From the NCBI RefSeq assembly GCF_001949145.1, contig NW_019091361.1, positions 1,838,866-1,902,865 on the forward strand: a stretch of DNA of 64,000 bases, read 5' to 3'. This DNA is from Acanthaster planci. Its lineage: Eukaryota. A program made the translations under genes and the position numbers. Below the pieces are notes generated by a model, which saw only the letters and a list, made by a program, of their open reading frames with translations, ran no database searches and was not told the origin of the DNA. Of the stretch, positions 40,186 to 52,323 are shown piece after piece; within the stretch, counting starts at the first letter, position 1, and every line of letters begins with the position of its first letter.

Positions 40186-40373
40186 TTAACCCCTTAACGT
40201 CGGGATTCTTTTGATCACGACTGCTGGGCTGCTGTATGCCCAGAATGCAAAACTCTGTCCAGCAGCAGGCCCACATTGAAACCGCAGCTGCATGGTGAAT
40301 AGAATGTATATGTGGTATGTACCAATCCTCACACAAAGCCGCGGCTGTCGATGGTTCCGATGGGAAGGGTTAA
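40186..40373. mobile_element. piggyBac-type MITE (TTAA target), degenerate
   Basis: TTAA-CCCCTT..AAGGG-TTAA ends; left end nearly identical to the element at 52795. Confidence 0.65.
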
Positions 40374-40641
40374 ATAAAACAATCTGCTATAAACAGTACG
40401 GACCTTAGGGTTATTGTCATTTAGTACTTCCTGAAGTCTGTTTTTCAAATCCTTCTTAAATTTTACTGCTTCGTGCTTATCAGGTTGATCTCAGTGTACT
40501 GACTTTGTGGAAGGATTGTGATCCTGATCGGCAAAATTCTTGGTACTTTTGTTGCAGCAGTGTTGCATTGTTTAAACATTTTTTTCTGGAAGATTCTTTT
40601 GCTCCTTTCACTGAACCTTTTACTGTCTGTTACCACTGAAG

Positions 40642-40918
40642 GATCACAGCCCACAAACCCACAAGAAGGCGGAAGCCAAGCACCAAACCAAGGTGCCAAT
40701 CAACCGGGCAGTGCTGGAGGAAATGACGGGACTGGTGGTAGTAACCAGGGCGACGATGGGCAGGATGCGGCTGATGGAGCCGCTGGAGGTGGAGGGGATG
40801 GTGGGAGTGATGGAGGCCAAGGAGGAGGCGGAGAAGGGGACGAGGAAGAGGAGGAGGAAGACCAAGAAGAAACAGGGGAGGAGACATCTCAGGACCAAGA
40901 CACCAGCAGTAGCCGCAG
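40642..40918 (+). CDS. TP53BP1: 53BP1 coding exon 3 (Gly/acidic low complexity)
   Basis: GSQPTNPQEGGSQ..EEEEEEDQEE..SQDQ; phase 1 to 2; AG|GTGAAA donor. Confidence 0.78.
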
Positions 40919-41528
40919 GTGAAACTCAAGGAATGTCCTAAACCACAGCTTGGTGTGTGGCTTCAGAGTCAGGCTTTCAGTTTTAGACGTTTCGTCGCCT
41001 AGTACGACACCCTTCAAGGTTACTGCAGTTAGTGCAGTGGAGTTGAGTTGTATGACAGAAAGGCAAACTTTGAAGTCCTTATTTTACTGAGGTTTAACAG
41101 AACATGTTTTTTGGAGCCCAAGGTGAAGCCAAAACCTGAAACCAAGCTAAGGCTTGGAAATGGCCTTACTTAAAAAAACTTGACTCATTGGCAGTACAGT
41201 TCTGATGATCCTGCAATGTTACCTTGAATTAAGCTGAAGTCAAACGTTACAAATAGAAAGTAGGAAACAGCTTCAAATTTAGAGGGCACCTGGGCCTGAT
41301 ATGTTGATTCTGGCTTTGTCTCTAAGACCTAAAAGATTTAAACCTTACATGCAGGAACATCACAAGAATTTAGTCTTTCGCCTTGGTTTGGTTGTTGAAA
41401 GATTTTGATATTTAAAACAGATTTCATGGGAAAAGTTTATGAGAACTTACAGGTGGCTCCTATTTAATATTCCACGCACTGAACGTGTCTGAATGGATTG
41501 TGTGTTTCTGGTACACGTATGTCTGCAG

Positions 41529-41635
41529 TTCGGTGCCCAAGTTGGTCCCACCTCCAGCTCTCCGCACACCACCCAGGACAGTCCGAGTCAAAGAGATTGT
41601 TGAGGGAGCTAGTGAGAGTCCAACCACATCACCAG
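41529..41635 (+). CDS. TP53BP1: 53BP1 coding exon 4
   Basis: ctgcag acceptor, CAG|GTGAGT donor; phase 2 to 1. Confidence 0.8.
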
Positions 41636-42005
41636 GTGAGTCCAACTTGTTAAGGGGGTTCAGGTGGTCGTTCTTTGTTTTCAGGTATGAGGACAGTCAC
41701 TGTCCAACTGGAGGAAAGTTTAGAGAAGAGCACTTCATATTTTAGCACCCCTCCACATCCATTTATATACAATTAGCTGCAGCTGTCCAGAGTCGTAAAT
41801 TGTATAAAAACAAACTAAAGTTTTCAAATACAGATTGAGTGCAGCGTGTCATTCATCTTATTAATTGAACAGGTTTGTCAGGAAAACAGGAAGGATATAG
41901 TCTCAACGGACTGCAGGCAATTCAACAGATATGCCTACTTACAGAGTGTCCATAGGAATACAGCAGCTTAATGGCCCAGTTAATAGAAGGAAATCAAACA
42001 CTGTT

Positions 42006-42131
42006 TATGCACCTGTTGCAGGCCTCTTGAAACACTGCATATACACATGCACATGTTTTAAATGTGCAATATGCACCTGTTGCAGGCCTCTTGAAACACT
42101 GCATATACACATGCACATGTTTTAAATGTGC
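42006..42131. repeat. Perfect intronic tandem duplication, 62-bp unit, 64-bp period
   Basis: tatgcacctgttgcaggcctcttgaaacactgcatatacacatgcacatgttttaaatgtgc at 42006 and 42070. Confidence 0.95.
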
Positions 42132-42176
42132 GTATATACATTTGAGTATTAAAACAAGTACGTGTTTCATTTTCAG

Positions 42177-42410
42177 ATGCACCTGCTGGCCCTGAACAGA
42201 GCGACAATGACCAAGGAGCAGGTAGTGAGAGAGGAGGTGGCGTCAGTGATGCCCCCACGGCGGTGGTGGGAGATATCACTGACGAGGGGCAGGGGGCAGC
42301 CTCGGACTCCTCACCTCCCGAGGAGAGGAGAGGAAGAGACAAACAGGCCGGGGGTTCGGGATTGATGGACCCTCCGTTGCACTCTGTTGTGTCCAGGAAG
42401 GGATCTTCAG
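42177..42410 (+). CDS. TP53BP1: 53BP1 coding exon 5
   Basis: ttttcag acceptor, CAG|GTATG donor; phase 1 to 1, open frame. Confidence 0.8.
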
Positions 42411-43252
42411 GTATGCCGCAGTGTTCCACTCATTCAGAATCTTATTTCAGATAGATTTTTCAACTTCAAGTTTTTAAGGAAGCCTATCAGCCTAAACTGG
42501 ATCACAGTGTTCATGCAATCTTAGGTTTATGTTTTTTACTGTCTGCGGGTTAGGCTTCAAACAAACTTTCTTGTACGTTCTTTGGGCAGTCGTTTCTGTC
42601 AGGATAACTTCTCACTAGTTGTGGACCTGTTTCCCTCAGAAAGTCCTCTTTTTACAAAAATAAAGGATTGAAGAGTTATTTTGGGTAGGGCATTGCCGGA
42701 AAATGTGATATTCTAACCAATAGGGGTAATTGAAGACAGAGGAAGTATTACACGAGAGTTGAGCCTTCCAAGAATCTACTGTCATTTCTCCAAACCCTGT
42801 CCAGCTGAAATGAGTACGCATCATAGTCTTTTGAATGTAGTGTTCAGGCACACGTAGAGACATTGTCCTTAGTTAGAAGAGATTCCTTGAGCAGACTTTG
42901 CGAAAGCAAAGTGTGTTTTTTATTTTCAAAAATATAAAACACACAACAGGCTTTTGGATGCGGTACATCTTCAGACAGGATGTCAATATGCTGTCTGCTT
43001 TTTGGTGATCAGTTTTCCAGCTCTTTTTGATAAACCATCAAGATGTTGGTTTGGGCATCTTGGTTAACACTGCGGCATTCAACAGCCTTAACCATTCACT
43101 TTATTGACAGCAAAGACCAATACGATTATACAGAATCGTTGCTCTTGTTCAAAGTAATCAGTTCATTTGAATGAGCAAATTTTTTTTAGCCTTGCAAATA
43201 CGCGGCATTGATAAAAAGTGCCGCATTTTTTACCCCTTCTGTATGATTTTAG

Positions 43253-43391
43253 AAACTAGTCATTCCAGCAGCAGTAGTCATATCAACAGTTCCAGCAGCT
43301 ACCGTACGTCACATGACTCGGCATCGAGCAGTCTCTCCAGCTCCTTATCGGCAGCTTCATCCAAAAGTGATGGAGTGCCAACCACATCCTC
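43253..43391 (+). CDS. TP53BP1: 53BP1 coding exon 6 (Ser-rich)
   Basis: ttttag acceptor, GTAAGT donor; phase 1 to 2. Confidence 0.78.
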
Positions 43392-43743
43392 GTAAGTTGC
43401 CTTAACATCACAATATACACCCTAGGGTAAGTTAGATCAAGGACCATAGTTAACCATAGTTCGACTAACTCTGATCGAATGCACGCTAGTCGACGATAGT
43501 TGGACTAGTCTAGTCAACTATTTGTGACCAGCCCATCAAGGTTGGTCGCATCGTTTGTTGGCATAAAACCAAATTTGAATAACACGGTGTAGAGAGGACA
43601 AGTTAGAAGAAATATGCCAGAAAAACAGTACGTCACTAGTAAATGACCATTTTCACTTTTATTTTTGCTATTTTGCCCTTTCTCTGGCCACCTTTTTTCC
43701 CCTTTGGCCTAATGACCTGACTACTGTTGACAAGGGTCATTTG

Positions 43744-44074
43744 NNNNNNNNNNNNNNNNNNNNNNNNNNNNNNNNNNNNNNNNNNNNNNNNNNNNNNNNN
43801 NNNNNNNNNNNNNNNNNNNNNNNNNNNNNNNNNNNNNNNNNNNNNNNNNNNNNNNNNNNNNNNNNNNNNNNNNNNNNNNNNNNNNNNNNNNNNNNNNNNN
43901 NNNNNNNNNNNNNNNNNNNNNNNNNNNNNNNNNNNNNNNNNNNNNNNNNNNNNNNNNNNNNNNNNNNNNNNNNNNNNNNNNNNNNNNNNNNNNNNNNNNN
44001 NNNNNNNNNNNNNNNNNNNNNNNNNNNNNNNNNNNNNNNNNNNNNNNNNNNNNNNNNNNNNNNNNNNNNNNNNN
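43744..44074. other. Assembly gap (331 N)
   Basis: Run of N; flanking exons 6 and 7 are phase-compatible. Confidence 1.
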
Positions 44075-44146
44075 CAAGAAGTGACATGAGATTGTGTTTC
44101 AAGATCATGCTGTACAAGGGTATCAGTGTTTTATTCTTCTTTGTAG

Positions 44147-44313
44147 ACGATTCACACAAATTAAGGAGCGTCCATCCAAGCCTGGTGTGCCCATCCCCCA
44201 AGCCCCCTCTCAGTTTGCCGAGTCGTTTCCAGAGGAAGGCATTGGGGACACTGATCCAGACCACCCTCAGTCCTCCCAGCAAGATCTGTTCTCTGATGTG
44301 GAGGAAAGAAAAG
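44147..44313 (+). CDS. TP53BP1: 53BP1 coding exon 7
   Basis: ctttgtag acceptor, AAG|GTAGG donor; SSQQDLF resembles human STQEDLF; phase 2 to 1. Confidence 0.82.
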
Positions 44314-45059
44314 GTAGGTTTTGTGCTGATGTTGATCAAATATCTTGGCAAAAGTGACGCTGTTATATCATCTTTAACCAGATGTCTCCTGACATTCTCA
44401 CTAGAGACCCCTCTGTATTCTGCAAAATCTACCGCTCTTCAGTTAAGGCCGTATGAAGTTACATTGGAGGGACTGTAGCTTCCTGAATCCTTCAAATACC
44501 TCCAAAACCTCATAGAAGTGTTTCAAGGATCAGGTTTAGTTGGGGGTAACGGAATGCTCCACAACATTTCATAACACACTTGGAACCCCTGTTTGTCAAC
44601 CGGCTTACATCGGGGATTTCATGTTACATGCTTAAAAGCAATCATAAAGACACACTACCAGAACTGGTCCTTTGCAGGACGCCATCTTGTCTATAAATGC
44701 TCATAAGGCTTTCTGGTCGCCCAGTTTGTCTAATGTCTTGGAGAAAAATTAAAGTTAATGAAAGCCAGTTTGAAAATCATGCTGACTGCAAGGAAATGTG
44801 ATTCATGTCTTATATTTTGTGGTGAGTTCAGCATGGAGTAATGGGAATGCTTTTGAAACAGCAGGATGACTCATAAAGGTCTATTTTTTGTTCGGCGCCT
44901 GCGATGTATATTTAACAGTAGTTGACAGCTTTGGAACCGCTGTTGATCAAGACCAGTAAGTGTATGGCTTCCCTCCTAGCCTCGTACCGTTTTCCATTTA
45001 AGCTGTGGTCAGCACTGCATGATCCCCCAATTCATCTCTCCAAATGCATGTCCGTTTAG

Positions 45060-45182
45060 CTGACAGAGTCCGGGTGCTAGCCAGTGAGACCAGTGCCTCC
45101 GAAGACACGTCCGTCGCCGAGGTTCCGCCCACCCCGGAAGCTTACAAATATGGAATCCAAGACACTCCTCCAGAGAGGCTGG
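45060..45182 (+). CDS. TP53BP1: 53BP1 coding exon 8 (repeat module copy 1)
   Basis: tttag acceptor, GTACAT donor; RVLASETSASEDTSVAEVPPTPEAYKYGIQDTPPERLG; phase 1 to 1. Confidence 0.75.
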
Positions 45183-45772
45183 GTACATCTTTGTTCATTG
45201 TGCGCTAGTTTCTCTTCCTGGCTCATTTGGTTTAATTTCATTTCACAGGTGCTTCTTGTCTCCAACAGAAGATGATAATTTGTATTGACAAGTTGCATTT
45301 CCAGACTGTAGTAGTCCGTTACCAGTTTACTTGTGCACATACATGGTTGACAACTCAGAAAGAGTGCAAAGTGTGATACCCCGCCTGATATTTTGTTAGA
45401 GAGCATTTCCCCCGTTGGCAAAAACAGTCAAAAGGAACTGTAAATGAGGGATTGCTCATATTTCCTTTAGTGAAACTAAGTTTGATTTCCAGTGATGACT
45501 GGCTTAAATTGTCCTGAAGGAATTTTACTGAGGTGAGGTGATATTCATGAATACTTTTAGCTGAATTCCTGCAAAGTTGGAACAACAGCCATTGCAAGTA
45601 GCTTTAACAATGTCAAGGAAGAAATCTCATTTCAGCTTTTAGCTGTTGCAATTCCACAAAGAGTTCAACTTCCATTGTAGTTTGCTATTACAAACCATCT
45701 CTTGAGTATATTCCCAGGGACAGCTATTTTCAGAAATGCATACCTCTTGTTTCTTTGTTTCAATTCCTTCAG

Positions 45773-45937
45773 GTCAATCTCTGCCTCGTCGTAAGGTCCC
45801 AGGTAGTTCCTGTCAGCAAGGTGACCGTGTCCTTGCCAGCGAGACCAGTCTGTCCGATGATGCTTCCATCACCATCATCCAGCCCTCCCCGCAAGCCTGG
45901 GGCACGGTCATTGCTAACACACCGCCTGACAAGATTG
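45773..45937 (+). CDS. TP53BP1: 53BP1 coding exon 9 (repeat module copy 2)
   Basis: ccttcag acceptor, TG|GTAGG donor; RVLASETSLSDDASITIIQPSPQAWGTVIANTPPDKIG; phase 1 to 1. Confidence 0.8.
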
Positions 45938-46094
45938 GTAGGCACAACGTGCGGGCACCCAGAGAATGTAGCTAGTTTTATTAGGGGAGGGGGGGGGAGA
46001 ATCGGTTATGTGGTTTATAGAAAAGAAGACAGTGATTAAAATAAGCAGATTGAAACAGTTGTCGACGACGATGACCTTGTTTTTCTTTCTGTAG

Positions 46095-46304
46095 AGCAAT
46101 ATTCAAGGAGTTCCCGTTCTTTTCCCCGAGATGGCAGTGATCACACTCCCAGCACCCCCTCAGAGACTCTGGGCAGCCTCCACCTGTCAGGTCAAGCAGA
46201 ATTGAGAAGCTCAGAGGAGAGTGGACCTTCCATCGTGCCGCCGACACTTGGCGCTTACGGATCCATTCCCAAACTGGTACCCAGCACCCCTACCGCACAC
46301 GACG
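46095..46304 (+). CDS. TP53BP1: 53BP1 coding exon 10
   Basis: ttctgtag acceptor, GTGAGA donor; LVPSTPT resembles human IVPSSPT; phase 1 to 1. Confidence 0.82.
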
Positions 46305-46385
46305 GTGAGATAGGAGTAAAGATACTTCCTAGGTGGGAGGGTCAGATTATAAATACAGTCATTCTCTGCAGAAGTGGGATGGTGG

Positions 46386-46564
46386 CAGTGTTTTAGTCAG
46401 GTTCGCCACAAGTCCTTTCACAAGACCAGTCACAAGTAACAGGGTAAACAATGACAGAGGAATGCTTTCATCACAGTTCATTTGAATAGCTTGTGACTTG
46501 GCCGAAGACTTGATGACTTGTGATGGGCTTGCAGGGACTTGTAATGGACTCGACTACAACACTA
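46386..46564. mobile_element. hAT-type MITE with 8-bp TSD; best-preserved copy of a family recurring in 53BP1 introns
   Basis: TIRs cagtgttttagtc / gactacaacacta; perfect GATGGTGG duplication at 46378-46385 and 46565-46572. Confidence 0.8.
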
Positions 46565-47428
46565 GATGGTGGTTTTCCTTCCTAAATAGAAGTAAAATCA
46601 CATTCAACTTTTATGTCCAGTGATTGCCTCATGTTCAAGGTGTACTTCTGGAGCTACTGTTACATCAGTCATCAGCCTATCCTCAACCGGCAAAAAGACC
46701 TTAACCTAGCTCTTGACGATAGATTTCAAATATTAGGGCACATGTTGCCCTTCTTTTGGCATACTGCTTTGCTCCAGACCATCCTGTTTACCAGATGGCC
46801 TACAACACATCCATGTTCAAGCCCAGTGTGAATCTTTCACTTTGAACTTGACACTCCTTGCTTTTTCTCTCGGCCGCCTTTTCTATCTGTCTATTTCTTT
46901 TTTCTTTTTTTGGGGGACCTTGAACTGACCTCTGATGGCCTTGTGTTTGGCAAATTGTGTACAATTAAATAGGCATAGCTGTAGCTGTGGAACCCCATGT
47001 GAGACGCAGCCTGACCTCCTTTCAGAAATCAACCCCACTCTCCATCCCAGGGAGTTATGAGCCGTTAGCATCCCATGACGGCTCCACGGTGATCCAGTGG
47101 TCCGTAGAGGAAATGAGGAATCACTGTTCCAAACTGGTGTATTATCCGGTTTGTAAGAAAGTGTGACATCACTTCAGTTTAAACCATGGCCACTGCACAT
47201 ACAGTTACATGGAACCATGGAAATGGAATTTTACGCACGACTGTAGTGCTTGTTCAATGGTAGCCTGCAATCAGTGGCGCATCTGTGTGTGTGATGAAGT
47301 CACTTACGAACCGGATAGGACTCGAGGGACCTACATTTTGGCTTTGTTCCAATCACATATGTAGCTTGCAGGGACGTGTTATTTTTCAACTCAAGTACTT
47401 TTGTATATTTGCATTTGTTTCTGTACAG

Positions 47429-47535
47429 AGGAAGAACCGATGGAGCTTAGCATTCCGGATGCTGAGAATGTTGGCACGACAACGCATCCTGCAAAAAGAC
47501 CAAAGAGTACAGGCGACTACGATGATGAATATGGG
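47429..47535 (+). CDS. TP53BP1: 53BP1 coding exon 11
   Basis: ctgtacag acceptor, GTCGGT donor; EEEPMELS; phase 1 to 0. Confidence 0.72.
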
Positions 47536-47869
47536 GTCGGTCTTTCTTATTCTTCTTCCATTGTAGTTTATAAGAAGGCATTGCCTGCGTCTTGTAATAT
47601 GAAAATATCTAGAAAAGGGAAAGGCAGCATGTACGTGTACCAAAGTCCGTTCAGGTGTAATATGCATATTAAGCATAGCTCCGTCAATGCTCATGTATGG
47701 GTACTTCACCTGTGTGACGATTTGATGAACTGGACTGAACTAGTGCGTATTTGACTTGGGCACAGATCCTCGCAATTGGCACATGATGATGAATTGGACC
47801 AGTGACAGTTTGGCTCTCAATCATGAATATGTAGGATGTATGGCAATTTGAATTAACCACTCCACACAG

Positions 47870-48040
47870 ATCCCTGAGTGGCAGCAAGCTCTGAACAAGG
47901 AAGACCAGGCTGTGTTGTCTCGCAGCAGCAGTAAGTCCAGTAGCCAGAAGACAACGTCCTCATCCTCATCAGAGCAGTCCTCTGAATTCCTTGGGAGAAT
48001 CTCGGCACAGTGGAGGGGGCAGCAAATGGAATCATTCCAG
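47870..48040 (+). CDS. TP53BP1: 53BP1 coding exon 12
   Basis: cacacag acceptor, CAG|GTATAG donor; open Ser-rich frame, phase 0 to 0. Confidence 0.72.
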
Positions 48041-49019
48041 GTATAGTGAGAAAGTTTTAAAAGGGTTTGGTAAGCATTTGCAGAAAATTTTCTTCACTTT
48101 TTAAGCCATTCTTAGAGGGAAATTTTCCATTTCAAGCAATGGATTCTGTTTCAAAGTGTTGATTCCACAAATTCCGTCCGTTTTCCGTGATTGCGGAAAA
48201 TCATTGGCTCTTCTCATGTCATTGAAAAGATTGCCATTGTAAAGATTGGAATTTCCTTGTTTTTGGTCAAAGTCCAAGTTGCGTGCTTGTCCTGGGGTTT
48301 CTTGTGGTGATCTTTTAGCCCTAACAGTCTCAAGTCCTCCGATTTCAATATGGTGTTACATGCATCCTAGGGGGTTAGGTAGTTTGGATATCAGCTGTAA
48401 AGCCGAAAAGGTTTGGGCACAAGCAAGCCACATATGGAAACCAAATGTGTTAATACAAACTTATAAAGATGAACAGAGATATTGACTGGAGCAGGATTGT
48501 CAAACCCAATACTCATGCAATGCTGTGCCAGGTCAGTTACCCAGCTCTGTGTTATTGCTTTCTCTCATTTGTCAATATCTTTGTGGGGATTACTAGTCAA
48601 AAGCCATAAAACCAGCACACCATGTAACCAGTAATCACACCCCAACATCATTTTGGGATTTTGTATGCGTTTATTTCAGAGACCTTACTCAAGAGATGGG
48701 TCAAAGGGTCTCTCCGTCTCAAAGATTGTCTCCTGTCCTTGTTGAGCTTTTTTCTCTACAGAAGTGACATTTTTGAATATGTCTGCAATAAAACTCCTCT
48801 TCCTGTATTTCATTAAACACCAACTGGTCTGTTTAGAGAGCCCCTGTGATTGATAGGCCACTGGAGGCCACTTGAACAGGTTCCATTGGAATGGTCAGCC
48901 AGCATCAACATGAACACAGACGTGCGTTGGATGAACTTTTGCTTACGCTCCTGTTAAGGGATTGAAAATATGCTTCAAAAATGATGTTTGAAGTCTAGTT
49001 TCAACTTTTCTCCCTGTAG

Positions 49020-49226
49020 GCATGGCAACCAAGTAGTCAGCAGACAACATCAACAACGTCCGAGGGGGTCTCAAGGAGCCGTCCTCCATCCACTCAATCT
49101 AAATCAGATGCAAGCTGGGGGAAACCAGAGAGGGACAAGGTTGCTGAGAAGCCCCGCTCTGCAAGCGCCCTTGAAGGGAAAAGTGGAAAAGAGGAGGGCC
49201 CGCCATCACAGAGGTTTCTCAGCCAG
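49020..49226 (+). CDS. TP53BP1: 53BP1 coding exon 13
   Basis: tccctgtag acceptor, CAG|GTATAG donor; several SQ/TQ; phase 0 to 0. Confidence 0.78.
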
Positions 49227-49916
49227 GTATAGAATAGGGCATCCTAATCCTGATTCACCAAGACAAGAGAGCTTCATTTTTCGTAGACCCCTCTTTGTTT
49301 TTCCTCTTACCCTGTACCTTCCCTGCTCAAGGCAATTTTTTACCTCCTCTCGACCAAGTCCCCTTCATGACTCATGACGGGCCCAACGCTAGTATTCTTC
49401 AGATGTCTTCCCTTTTATGTCATTATTATGGGACTCCTTTAATACCAGAATACTTCTTCCCCTTCTTAGACTTAATCCCATTTCAAGTGAAATACCATGA
49501 GATTCAATATTTTGTGGTACGTGGTCAGCAGCGTAGTGAAGGCATTTTTCTTTGGGGGGGGTGTGCCAGAGTCAATTTGCTGAGTGGTAGATGTACGTCA
49601 ATAATTCATGACGTCAATTTCGGTTTTTTTTGCCGACTGACCCTTTATTTGCTGACTGAAAAGGTCTGTGCTTATTGTAACTGCCCACAAATTCTGTCTG
49701 TAAATTCTGACCTAGGTGATGGGTTTTGGCCCCGTTGAAGTTATTCAGACTTTTCATCTATTTGTAGTGTATGTGTAACCTTGGTACCGAGATACTTTAT
49801 GCAGTGAATGAATATTTATGAGGATGATGGGGTGAATGTATATTCATGTTTCTTTTCTCCTCTGCAAATGTCCTCGTTCTTTTTTCTGATTTATGGCTGT
49901 TGATTTGCCTCCACAG

Positions 49917-50274
49917 CTGCCAAGAGAAATACCAGCAATTCCAACGCCAGTTTCCAAATCTGACCAAGGGAAACCTCCACCATTGCCCGGCAAGCCTGCA
50001 CCCACCCCGTTAGCCACCTCCCAACCCCACCAAGACCCGCCGGGGAGGTCAACAGAACGGGGGTTGGAAGAGGTTTTATCTGAAAGAGAGGCTAGCCAAC
50101 CAAAGGCAAGCAAAACGTCCTCATCATGGTCTTCAGAGGACAGGCAGGAGGAGAGAGAGGAGGACAAGCAAACGGACAGAGGTGGTTCGTCCAGTGATTG
50201 GATGCTGCACTACACGGCCACTCAGACGGAGACCGAGCCTGAAGCTGTGGAAGAGGAAACCGGAAAAGGAAGGG
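49917..50274 (+). CDS. TP53BP1: 53BP1 coding exon 14 (alternative 3' end at 50283)
   Basis: ccacag acceptor; encodes WMLHYTATQTE; two in-phase donors 9 nt apart; phase 0 to 1. Confidence 0.78.
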
Positions 50275-50894
50275 GTAACATAGGTAAAACCGTGCCTGGC
50301 AGGTGGATTTTTAAAACTCGGGCCAATTTTATCTTGCTGCTTAACAGTGAAAGCAAACAAATTGTGCTTCCTGTAGCGTGCCCCACTGACCTGACATACA
50401 TCTGTCATTGCCATAGGCAAAGACTGCAACACCACGCACAATAGTTATGAAGCAGGCAAACCTTTAAAGCTTTGTAGAATGGCAATAATGCGAAGCCAGA
50501 TCCTAGTCCCGGATCAGCAGGATAACAACAAGCATACATGACACAGGTGGTTACCATTAAATCTGAAGAAATAGTTCCTGTTTTTTTTAACATTATTGTA
50601 AGCCCCAAACTTTATTGTGTGGGGTTGCTGACCAAATGGCTTGCCTACTGCAATGTGATATGTCTGGCGGAAACCGTGAAGTCACATGACCCAATAGCAG
50701 AAAATTGTTGCTTGCCTCAAGTGCATTCACAGAATAGGTTTGTAAGCGCCAGTTGGCTAGCTCTTTTCAAGCAAATTGCACCTGCTGATTTGTTTTCATA
50801 ATTGAAATATGCCACTTTGAAATGCATGTAATGTGATGAGATGTCGAAAGGTATTCACCAAGATAGCTGAAATAGTTATTGTTTATTGCTGCAG

Positions 50895-51116
50895 CGCAAC
50901 ATCCTTCAATGCACCCCCCAACACGTCCCCCTGCACTGCCCTCCTCAGTACCTGGTCATCAGGAGGCAGTGGTACCAATCACAGCTGCCAATGGAACAAC
51001 AGCAGATGCGCACACCCTGATGAGCTACACTGACGTAACCTCCTCATCCACAACTGCATCCTCAGATGGCAAGAAAACAGGGGATGGTGACAAGGAATTG
51101 CCGCAGGAAAGGAGAG
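50895..51116 (+). CDS. TP53BP1: 53BP1 coding exon 15
   Basis: ctgcag acceptor, GAG|GTAAAT donor; phase 1 to 1. Confidence 0.75.
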
Positions 51117-51137
51117 GTAAATGCATCTGTGTATTCT

Positions 51138-51439
51138 CTGTGTTGCAGTTAAAACCCCTCAACACCATTGCAAGAGCAACACAAACCATCCTTGACCTCC
51201 AGGCTGAATTAAAACCATAAGCTATTCAAATGAACTGCAGCAACAGCAGTTTTTGTTTTGTTGATCCAGTTACTCGAGATTTGTGGCTGGCCTTGTGTCA
51301 GATCGCGTGGCTGGTCTTGTGTCTGGTCATGTGACTGATCTCGTGTCTGGTCTTGTGCCTGGTCTTGTGCCTGGCCTTGTGACTGACCTTGTGACTGCTC
51401 TTGTGTCTTGTCTTCTGACTGGTCTTGACTTCATCCCTG
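51138..51439. mobile_element. Diverged copy of the hAT-type MITE family with an expanded 12-bp subterminal repeat (51283-51426)
   Basis: About 12 degenerate GTGNCTGGTCTT units; agctattcaaatgaactg is the reverse complement of the 46386 copy core. Confidence 0.65.
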
Positions 51440-51585
51440 TTTATGCTAGAGACCACTGGACTAGCAGCAAGTGATTAACAGAGGAATGTATTTATGACTA
51501 ACATTTCATAAATTTTGTTTTGACTGGCAAAAAGGCCATTTTTGTCAAAAAACTTTCAACAAAGATGTTGATCTTTTCGATATAG

Positions 51586-51753
51586 GAACAGATGCAGCTC
51601 CTGTTAAAAGAGGAGGTACGAGAACTTCTCAAGCTAAGGGTAAGGGTCCTCAGTCACTGACAGAGGCTCAAGCCACCGATAATCCCAAGCACAGTGTCAG
51701 CCTAGCCACACCGGGCATTGCATCACAGAGTGCAGACCCAGCAGAATCGTCCA
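51586..51753 (+). CDS. TP53BP1: 53BP1 coding exon 16
   Basis: tatag acceptor, GTAAGT donor; open frame, phase 1 to 1. Confidence 0.75.
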
Positions 51754-52109
51754 GTAAGTTGGATATTTGTATTCCACCTGGCCTGTTTCCTCAAAGTGCA
51801 GACTTCTGTGAAGAAGTAGTCCTCAGTGTGTGAGGATTAAATAAGCCTTTTGTTAATAACCTATAACTCTTTAATAAGCAGTGATGGTTTGCCAACTGAG
51901 TTTGTCAAGTATTGTATTGACTCATTGGAGGAGACGCCATAACTGGGGTACATCAACACATCACTCACGCATTCTTAAGCTTGAAGCTTCTGCAATTCAT
52001 ATCACTTTGTTAGTCAAAGAGACATGTAATGCATGTGTACTACCTGTGCATGAGAATTGTGTCACCACAATAATGGCTCCTAATACTGGATGGCAAATTA
52101 CTCTTCTGT

Positions 52110-52323
52110 CAGTCTTGTGGCAGAGTCCGTCACAAAGTCTGGTCCTAGGTAAATTGAAGTCATTCACAAGTCTAGTGTCAAATAATGGATGTGAACAAGA
52201 ACAAAGGAGTGTTCGGCCCGAGTTGAATTGAATAGTTGATGGCAAGACTTCTGGCTGGATCTGAATTACTTTTGGTAAGCTTGCAATGGACCTGTGGAAA
52301 TGTGTCACTTGACTACACCATTG
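52110..52323. mobile_element. Diverged copy of the hAT-type MITE family
   Basis: cagtcttgtggc..gtgaacaagaacaaaggagtg..ttgaatag..gactacaccattg. Confidence 0.55.

Noticed and set aside
43744..44074. ORFs spanning the N gap, or a missing 53BP1 exon
   Set aside because: ORFs are artefacts of N; flanking exons join in phase, though a symmetric exon in the gap cannot be excluded
51283..51474. Repetitive peptide ORF (GLVSGLVPGLV) or CRISPR-like array
   Set aside because: Degenerate 12-bp subterminal repeat of an intronic MITE with no unique spacers; eukaryotic context
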